A stretch of DNA of 64,000 nucleotides from Novosphingobium sp. (GTDB lineage Bacteria; Pseudomonadota; Alphaproteobacteria; Sphingomonadales; Sphingomonadaceae): contig NZ_JANOWI010000035.1 of NCBI RefSeq assembly GCF_031417815.1, positions 10,447-74,446 of the forward strand, written 5' to 3'. The notes under the pieces were generated by a model that was given only the letters and a program-made list of their open reading frames with translations, was not told where the DNA came from and did no database searches. Position 1 is the stretch's first letter, and each line of letters starts with the position of its first letter. The position numbers and the translations under genes were made by a program. Below are positions 8,792 to 16,600 of the stretch, in pieces.

Positions 8792-10774
8792 ATGGGATCG
8801 CTAGGCGAACATAAACCCGGTCGGCTGCTGGGCCTGAAGCGGATGGCGTTTGCGCTGTTTGCGCTGATGGGGCTTGCCTTGAGCGCTAGCCAGCCGGCGT
8901 CTGCGCAGACCGTCACCCGCTATACCAACAATACCGCCAGCGCGACGAACGGGATCAACAACACTGCAACGCCGTGCTCCAACACACTGAAGCGCACCTT
9001 TGCCGTCGGCACGAGCTACATCGTAAGCGATGTGAACATCGGTGTGCTGCTAACGCACACGGCGCGCGGCGATCTTACGATCACGCTGGTTTCACCAAGC
9101 GGAACGCGCGTGGTGGTTTCAAACCAGGTCGGCGGGACGAAAAACAATTTCAACGCCTTGCTTGATGACTCTGCCGGTACGGCGATCACCGCCTATACCT
9201 TCAACGACACCATCACCGCAGTGCCGCCCTACAACCAGACCCTGCGCCCCAGCAACGCGCTGAGCGTTTTCAACGGCGAACAGGCAGCTGGCACCTGGAC
9301 GCTGGAACTGTGCGATTCGGTTTCGGCGGACAGCGGCACCTTCGACCAGGCCGATCTCTATCTGACCGCGGCCGCGACCAATTATGCTGATCTCTCGCTG
9401 GCGCAGAGCGTGAGTTCAACCACGCCCAACGACCGCACCACCATCACTTACACGCTAACCGTAGCCAATGCCGCAACATCGCCGCAAACCGCCACGGGCG
9501 TGGTGGTGCGCGATCTGCTGCCCAGCGGGGTGATCTTCATCAGCGCCAGCGGCGCGGGAACTTACAATTCGGCAACCGGTGACTGGGCGGTCGGCACATT
9601 GGCTCCTGGCGCCAATGCAGCCCTGACGATCACGGCGACCGTGGCCGCGGGCGACACGGAAAGCGTAGCCAACGCCGCCGAAATCACGGCTTCATCGCAC
9701 ACCGATCCCGATTCAACCCCTAACAACGGCGTGACCGGTGAAGACGACTACGCCAGCACGACGTTCACCGTAGTGGTCAGCCGCAGCGCCGGAACCGCGC
9801 CCACATTGACCTGCTCGGCCGGCACCGGGCAGTTCGATTGGGACAGCCAGGCCTGGACCGCAGGCGCAACATCAGGAAGCTACACCGTCACCGGGGTCGG
9901 AACGGTCGGCTTTGCGATTACCAATCCAAACGGCATATTCCTGAACAACGCGACGTACGGCGGGCAATCACCGGCCAAGCAGACCGCGGTTACAGGCGGG
10001 CTCGGCACAGCGCAGAACTCGCTCGAGCAACTGGTCGACTTGAACAACCAAAGCGCCACGGTTGATACCACGATCACGCTGGGAACCGCAGTTCCAGGCG
10101 CGCAGTTCACGATCTTCGACGTCGATTTCAACACCAACCAGTTTGCCGACAAGGTCACTGTGACTGGCTACCTCAATGGAAATGCAGTCACACCAACGCT
10201 CACCAACGGCACCGCCAATTGGGTCTCAGGCAACAGCGCCTACGGCGATGCCTTATCGAGTGACATCCAGGCCAATGGCAACGTTGTGGTCACCTTCAGC
10301 AGCGCGATCGACAAGATTGTGATCAACTATGGTAACCACAGTTATGCACCAACCAACCCTGGCCAGCAGGGTGTGGCGCTGCACGATATTACCTTCTGCA
10401 AGCCGGTGACCAGCATCAGCGTGACCAAGGTCAGTTCGGTGCTGAACGATCCTGTCAACGGCACCACCAATCCCAAGGCGATCCCCGGCGCGGTGGTCGA
10501 ATATTGCATTCTGGTATCCAATACCGGCACCAATACCCTGAGCAATATCGCTGCGACAGATGCCCTGCCAGCAAACTTCACCTTTACCGCGGGGACGATG
10601 ACATCGGGCATTAGCTGCGCGGCCGCGACCACGGCCGAGGATGATAACAATACCGGAACCGACGAGTCCGATCCTTTTGGCGCGGCAATCAGCGGCACGA
10701 GTTTGACCGCAAGCGCCGCCTCGCTCAGTGCCTCAAGCGGTTTCGCGCTGAAATTTCGCGGCACGATAAACTAG
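8792..10774 (+). CDS. Secreted multi-domain protein: proprotein-convertase P-domain, complete DUF11 domain, central beta domain, C-terminal truncated DUF11 (putative tip adhesin)
   Basis: Signal peptide ..SASQPASA-Q (start 8792 or 8843); P-domain motif THTARGDLTITLVSPSG..GTWTLELCD; DUF11 ADLSLAQ..TYTLTVAN..VVVRDLLP..ESVANAAEIT; C-terminal SVTK..PGAVVEYCILVSN..ATDALP..LKFRGTIN*. Confidence 0.8.
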   Translation: MGSLGEHKPGRLLGLKRMAFALFALMGLALSASQPASAQTVTRYTNNTASATNGINNTATPCSNTLKRTFAVGTSYIVSDVNIGVLLTHTARGDLTITLVSPSGTRVVVSNQVGGTKNNFNALLDDSAGTAITAYTFNDTITAVPPYNQTLRPSNALSVFNGEQAAGTWTLELCDSVSADSGTFDQADLYLTAAATNYADLSLAQSVSSTTPNDRTTITYTLTVANAATSPQTATGVVVRDLLPSGVIFISASGAGTYNSATGDWAVGTLAPGANAALTITATVAAGDTESVANAAEITASSHTDPDSTPNNGVTGEDDYASTTFTVVVSRSAGTAPTLTCSAGTGQFDWDSQAWTAGATSGSYTVTGVGTVGFAITNPNGIFLNNATYGGQSPAKQTAVTGGLGTAQNSLEQLVDLNNQSATVDTTITLGTAVPGAQFTIFDVDFNTNQFADKVTVTGYLNGNAVTPTLTNGTANWVSGNSAYGDALSSDIQANGNVVVTFSSAIDKIVINYGNHSYAPTNPGQQGVALHDITFCKPVTSISVTKVSSVLNDPVNGTTNPKAIPGAVVEYCILVSNTGTNTLSNIAATDALPANFTFTAGTMTSGISCAAATTAEDDNNTGTDESDPFGAAISGTSLTASAASLSASSGFALKFRGTIN

Positions 10775-10924
10775 GATCAAGTTATTCAATCGTGTAAAAT
10801 TATAACTTTATACGGCTAACTTCACGCGTTAGAAAAATCTCCCAATGCAATCGGTTGCAAGGGCAAACCCCTATTGGCTTGTTTCTGAAATATAAGTCTT
10901 TTCTGCGCAGCGGTTTTGCGGTTT

Positions 10925-10944
10925 GTTAACTCGATTGCGTTAAC
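10925..10944 (+). promoter_or_regulatory. Candidate regulator site GTTAAC-N8-GTTAAC at the end of an AT-rich intergenic region
   Basis: GTTAACtcgattgcGTTAAC ending 9 nt before the ATG at 10954; 10775-10953 is markedly AT-rich. Confidence 0.3.
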
Positions 10945-10953
10945 CACGCAGGC

Positions 10954-11940
10954 ATGAAAAACCAAATCGCCCTGCGTGCCGCATCCGGCACCGTCGCCTT
11001 CGTCTCGGCCTGCATGGTCGTCTTGCCGGGCACCGCCCATGCCAGCGGCGTTGCCGCCGGGACGTTGATCCAGAACACGGCTTCGGCCACCTACACCTCT
11101 GGCAGTGCCAGCGGCACGGTCAGTTCGAACACCGTCACCGTCAAGGTCGACGAGCTGCTCGACGTGGCTGTGGCCGGGCTGACGAGCACGCCTGCCGTCG
11201 CCGGATCGAGCAACGTGGTGCTGATCTATTCGGTGACCAATACCGGCAACGGCCCCGAGGCCTTCGACATCGCCGTGAATGCGGCAGTGGCGGGGAACGA
11301 TTTCGACGCCGTGGTCCAGCAGGTCGTGATCGACAGCAACGGCAACGGAACTTACGACCCCGGCATCGATACGGTGCTGGCTACCGGATCACCCACGCCG
11401 GCGATCGCTCCCGATGCCGCGCTGGCGGTGTTCGTGATTGTCAGCCTGCCCGGCACGGCGGCCGATGGCGACACCAGCCAGGTCCAGCTGACCGCGACCT
11501 CAACCACCGGATCGGGCACACCCGGCACAGTCTTTGCCGGCCAGGGCGATGGCGGCGGCGATGCCGTGGTCGGATCCTCAACGGCGACGCAATCGGACAA
11601 CGACGCGCTGATCGCCAGTCTGGCCAGCGTTGCGCTGACCAAGGCGGCCAGCATCGTCGATCCTTTCGGCGGCAGCCAGCCGGTTCCCGGCGCGGTGGTT
11701 ACCTACACGCTTACCGCCACGGTCAGCGGCACCGGTCAGGCCGATAGCCTGCACATCACCGACGTGATCCCGGCAGGGACCGCCTATCAGGCCGGCACCC
11801 TGACGCTCGACAGCGCAGCGCTGAGCGATGCGGCCGATACCGATGCCGGTGAAGCATCGCCGAGCGGGATCGACGTTAACCTTGGCACCGTAGCCGGGGG
11901 CAGCACCAAAACCGTCAAATTCAACGTCAAGATCAACTGA
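10954..11940 (+). CDS. Secreted DUF11-family protein, putative pilin A
   Basis: Signal peptide ending AHA; mature N-terminus SGVAAGTLIQNTASATY..SSNTVTVKV; C-terminal LTKAAS..PGAVVTYTL..ITDVIP..VKFNVKIN*. Confidence 0.8.
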   Translation: MKNQIALRAASGTVAFVSACMVVLPGTAHASGVAAGTLIQNTASATYTSGSASGTVSSNTVTVKVDELLDVAVAGLTSTPAVAGSSNVVLIYSVTNTGNGPEAFDIAVNAAVAGNDFDAVVQQVVIDSNGNGTYDPGIDTVLATGSPTPAIAPDAALAVFVIVSLPGTAADGDTSQVQLTATSTTGSGTPGTVFAGQGDGGGDAVVGSSTATQSDNDALIASLASVALTKAASIVDPFGGSQPVPGAVVTYTLTATVSGTGQADSLHITDVIPAGTAYQAGTLTLDSAALSDAADTDAGEASPSGIDVNLGTVAGGSTKTVKFNVKIN

Positions 11941-11951
11941 GGTAACACGCC

Positions 11952-12425
11952 ATGAAGCGCATCCTTATCGCCACCCTTGGCTCCGTGCTGATTGCCACGG
12001 CACCCGCCGTGGCCGCCGCCCAGACCAATCCTGTCGAGCTGATTGGCGATGTGAAAGTCGACAAGGTAGTTGTTGAAAACGGGAAAGAAAAGCACGTTCT
12101 GGTCGAACCGGGCGTGGTTGTCCCGGGCGATGCACTGCTGTTTACGACGACGTACCGCAATGCCGGGGCCACCCCGATCAAAGACTTCGTGGTCACCAAC
12201 CCGCTGCCCGATGCCGTCCAGCTTGCGCCGCAGGGCGCTGATCAGCTGGTCGTTTCGGTCGATGGCGGCAAGACTTTTGGCAAGCTGACGACACGGCGCG
12301 TTACCGGCAGCGATGGGGCGCCGCGCGCCGCGGTGGAAGCCGATGTAACGCACATTCGCTGGGTCCTGCCGGTGCTGGCGCCAGGCGCGTCGGGCGCACT
12401 TTCCTATCACGCCATCGTCCGCTGA
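11952..12425 (+). CDS. Small secreted single DUF11-like domain protein (putative chaperone/cap)
   Basis: RBS GAGG; signal peptide; VVPGDALLFTTTYRNAG..FVVTNPLP..IRWVLPVLAPGASGALSYHAIVR*. Confidence 0.8.
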   Translation: MKRILIATLGSVLIATAPAVAAAQTNPVELIGDVKVDKVVVENGKEKHVLVEPGVVVPGDALLFTTTYRNAGATPIKDFVVTNPLPDAVQLAPQGADQLVVSVDGGKTFGKLTTRRVTGSDGAPRAAVEADVTHIRWVLPVLAPGASGALSYHAIVR

Positions 12426-12496
12426 CACGGACTGAACCGCCACGACACGCGGGCGGATAATAACGCGGGTCGCAATCGATTACGAGGATAACAATA

Positions 12497-13552
12497 ATGA
12501 ACAGGGTCAACAGATTGCTTGGAACGGCGGGCGCCGCGGCGCTCATTGTCACAAGTGCCAGTCCTGCTCTGGCAGGCGGGACCACTGCGGGAAGCACGAT
12601 CACCAACACGGTGTCCGTGAATTACCAGGTGGGCGGCGTTGCACAGACCGCAACGGGCGCTTCGAATACCTTTACGGTCGACCGCAAGATCAACCTGACG
12701 GTTGCCGAAGTGGGCACCACCACCACGCAGGTGTCACCGGGACAACTGGCCGCGGTGACCACCTTCACGGTGACCAACACTTCGAACGCCGTGCTCGATT
12801 TCGCGCTGGCCGCTGCGCAGCAGAGCGCCGGACCGGGTGCGCATTCGAACACCGACAACTTCGACGTTTCGAACGTCAAGGTCTATGTCGATAGCAACCT
12901 TAACGGCAGCTACGATGCTGGCACTGACCTTGAAGTCAGCTATCTTGACGAACTGGCAGCAGACGCCAGCAAGACTGTCTTCGTGGTTGCCGATGTTCCG
13001 CTTGGCCGCCTCTCCGGCGATGTTGCCGCAGTTACGCTGACCGCAACCGGGCGCGAAGGCGGCGGCGCGGCTGCGCAGGGCGCGGCACTGTCCGAAACCA
13101 CCGGAGCCAATACCTCCGGCATGGATACTGTCTATGCTGATGGCGCTGGCGCAACCGACGGTTCGCGCGATGCGGCCTACTCGGCCAAGGATGACTATAC
13201 CGTCCTTGCAGCGGCGCTGACGATCAGCAAGCTCAGCCGGGTGATCTCGGATCCGTTTAACGGCACCACCAATCCGAAGGCGATCCCGGGCGCGACGATC
13301 GAATACTGCATCGTCGTGAGCAACGCGGCCGGCAGTGCGACGGCGAACACCGTGGCCATCTCTGACCCGCTGCCCAGCACGGTCACCTACGATGGCGGCG
13401 GTGTGTTCATCAACGGCACGGTCACTTCGGGCCTCTGCAACACCGATGGCACCAATGGCGGTTCGCATGCTGCGGGCACGGTCAGCGGAACGCTTTCGAG
13501 CGTCGCGGCGAGCGAAACCAAAACGCTGCGCTTCCGCGCGACGATCAACTGA
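12497..13552 (+). CDS. Secreted DUF11-family protein, putative major pilin B
   Basis: RBS GAGGA; signal peptide ending PALA; mature N-terminus GGTTAGSTITNTVSVNY..ASNTFTV; C-terminal TISKLS..PGATIEYCIVVSN..ISDPLP..LRFRATIN*. Confidence 0.82.
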   Translation: MNRVNRLLGTAGAAALIVTSASPALAGGTTAGSTITNTVSVNYQVGGVAQTATGASNTFTVDRKINLTVAEVGTTTTQVSPGQLAAVTTFTVTNTSNAVLDFALAAAQQSAGPGAHSNTDNFDVSNVKVYVDSNLNGSYDAGTDLEVSYLDELAADASKTVFVVADVPLGRLSGDVAAVTLTATGREGGGAAAQGAALSETTGANTSGMDTVYADGAGATDGSRDAAYSAKDDYTVLAAALTISKLSRVISDPFNGTTNPKAIPGATIEYCIVVSNAAGSATANTVAISDPLPSTVTYDGGGVFINGTVTSGLCNTDGTNGGSHAAGTVSGTLSSVAASETKTLRFRATIN

Positions 13553-13561
13553 ACGAGGTGC

Positions 13562-13593
13562 GGGGCGGCATGACCTGAACGGTCTGCCGCCCC
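13562..13593 (+). terminator. GC-rich stem-loop between pilin B and the large outer-membrane protein (attenuator or mRNA stabiliser; no U-tract)
   Basis: GGGGCGGCA-t-GACC-tgaac-GGTC-TGCCGCCCC. Confidence 0.5.
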
Positions 13594-13615
13594 CTACCGC
13601 AACACCCAAGGGTCG

Positions 13616-16600
13616 ATGGGCGTTTTCCGGCAAATCGGTGTACTCATAGCAGCGCTGGCAGCGCTGCTTTTGTGCGTGCCGTTTGCCCAGGCGCAAACCA
13701 TCACCAATACCGCCGCCGCGCAGTGGAGCGAAGGCGGCCAGAATTTCACCACGCGTTCGAACATGGTCTCGATCACGCTGGCCCAGTCGCAGACGCTGCT
13801 GACCACTTACAAGCCGCTAACTGGCGGGCAGAACTATGGTTACACTGCGGCGAGCTGCGGCGGCAGCACCGTCATCGTACCGGGCGCAACTGCCACTGGC
13901 ACCTCGATCGCGTCGCTGACCCAGACCAGCACGATCCGCGTTGGCGAAGCGCTGTTCTTCAGCCTTTCAGCGCCTTCGGCCAATCTTGACCCGGCGGCGG
14001 TCGACACCCTGGTCGCGACCATCACCACCCAAAGCGGCGACCGCGAAGTGCTGACGATCCGCGAAACCGCGATCAACAGCGGCATGTTCATGGGTGCGAT
14101 CCCGACCCGCGCGATCCCGCCGCAGCCGGTGCAGGGTGATTGCCGCCTCAGCCTGCGTCAGGGCGAAGACATCACCGTCGCTGTTGCCGCAACGGCCAGC
14201 GGCTCGGCCATCGCCACAGCGCAAGTCGACGTACTGGCCGATCCTTATGGCATGGTCTTCGACAGCGAAGACGGACAGCCGGTGAGCGGCGCCCGCGTGA
14301 CTTTGGTCGACGCGCTGACCGGCGCGCCGGCCCGCGTTTTTGCCGATGACGGTGTGACGCCGTGGCCCTCTACCGTCATTTCAGGCCAACCGATTACCGA
14401 TGGGGCCGGCAATGTCTATCCGATGGCACCGGGCGAATACCGCTTTCCGCTGGTTGGCCTGGGCCGTTATCGCCTGGTGGTCGAACCGGCCGCGCCTTAT
14501 ACCGCGCCATCGGCCAAGACCCCGGCCCAGCTGGCGGCGCTGCTTCGTCCCGATGGCAATACTTTCGAGATTGTCGACGCATCGTTCGGGGGAACACTGC
14601 AATTGGCAGGTGCCACCGCGGTGCGGGTTGACATTCCGCTCGATCATCCGCCGTTGGGCGTCACCGTTACCAAGACGGCATCGCGCGCTGTGGCCTTGCC
14701 GGGCGATGTGGTGTTTTACACCGTCACGATCCGCAATCCCGATACGATCAGCGCCAAGCGTACCGTTACCCTGGCCGACAACCCATCGCCCACGCTGCGG
14801 TTACGGCCGGATTCGGTGCGGGTTGACGGCGTTGCCAACCCCGGTGCGGTACAAGCCTCGCCAGATGGCCGCACGCTGACCTTGCAACTTGGCGATATCG
14901 CTGCCGGCGATTCGCGCACCGTCAACTATGCCATGACCATCCGCCCCGATGCCCCAGCCGGCACCGCGCTTAACAAGGCAACCGCTACCGATGCCGCCGG
15001 TCGCAGCGCCACCGCCGGTGCCACGGTGCGGATCGAACGGCAGGATATTGCCGCACGGGTAACGATCATCGGCCGGATTACCGACGGCGGATGCGCGGCC
15101 GATGGCCGGCACAACCCGGTGCAGGGTGTGCGCGTCGTGCTGGAAGACGGTAGCTTCGCCATCACCGATGCCGATGGCCGTTATCACTTCGAAGGCGTTG
15201 TGCCGGGCACGCACGTTGTCCAGGCGCAGCAAAGCACGCTGCCGCAGGGCGGACGCTTTGCCGATTGCAGCCGCTCCACCCGCAGCGCAGGCAGCGCCAG
15301 CTCGCGCTTCGTGATGGCCCGCGGCGGCATGCTGGTGGCCGCGGATTTCAGTGCGAACCTTTCTCATGAAGGCAGCGTAACTGCATCAAAAGCTGCAGTT
15401 AAAATCGCATACGACCCGATTGATGGTTTGCCGATTGCCAATCCAGTTGGTGCAGCTCCGGCACTTGCACCGCGTACCATTCAGGATCCCGCCTCGCTTG
15501 AGCGCGAGCAGCGCCTTTCCGCTGGTGCGGAAACCGATTGGTTCGCCAAGGGTGATGGCCCCAATGCCTTCCTGTTCCCTGCGCCCGATCACAACCCGCG
15601 TGCGCCGGCGATCCGCGTGGTGATCCGCCACCGCGTCGGCCAGACCGTTGATCTGACGATCGATGGCAAACCGGTCGAAAAGCTGTCTTACGAAGGCGCG
15701 CGCCCGGCACCGGGCGGGGGCTATGCTGTTTCGATCTGGCGCGGCATTCCGCTGCCGGGCGAGCAGACCCGCCTGACGGCTGTGGTACGCGATGCAAACG
15801 GCGTCGAAGTTTCGCGGCTGACCCGCACAGTCTATTATTCGGCCAGCCCGGCGCGGATCGAATTCGTGCCCGCTCAAAGCAGCCTGGTGGCCGATGGCAA
15901 GACCCGGCCGGTGCTGGCGCTGCGTATTCTCGATCACAACGGCCGCCCGGTCCATGCCGGCCTGTCTGGTGAGTTTTCGCTCTCCGATCCTTACGAAAGC
16001 GCAGATGCGCTCGATGCGATGCAGCAGCGTCAGCTGGTCGGGGCGGGGCGTCAGGCGCCGCGCTGGCTGGTCAAGGGCGATGACGGCATGGCCTATGTCG
16101 AGCTTGCCCCGACCATGGTCAGCGGCAAGCTCAAGATGGAATTCAACTTTTCCGATGGCCAGCAGCGCCGCCGCCAGGAACTGGAGACCTGGATTGCGCC
16201 GGGCGACCAGCCGTGGACCGTGGTCGGCCTGATCGAAGGCACCGTCGGCAAGCAGACTGTGGCCAGCCAGATGGAGCGTACCGGCCAGTTTGACAGCGAT
16301 CTGGGCGACCGCGCCCGCACCGCCTTTTACGTCAAGGGACCAGTGGGCGAAGGCTTCCTGGTCACTGGCAGCTATGACAGCGCCAAGCAGCGCGACGATG
16401 CGGTGCTGCTCGGCACGATTGATCCGCGGTCCTACTACACCGTCTTCGCCGACGGTTCGGACCGCCGCTTCGATGCTGCCAGCCGCGACAAGTTCTACGT
16501 CCGGGTTGAGAACCGCGGCTTCTATGCACTGTATGGCGATGCCACCAGCGGGTTCGACCAGACGCAGCTTGGCCGCTATCAACGCACCGCGACCGGCTTC

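Noticed and set aside
9058-9075. RGD tripeptide in the putative tip adhesin as an integrin-binding motif
   Set aside because: It is part of the conserved structural H..RGDL motif of P-domains, so it gives no evidence for host-integrin binding.
10857-10900. GCAAGGGCAAACC followed by a GAAA-containing hairpin resembles the 5' part of a c-di-GMP-I riboswitch upstream of the pilin genes
   Set aside because: The downstream conserved GACGCAAAGC element and P2 stem are not present; only an Infernal scan with the Rfam model could rescue it.
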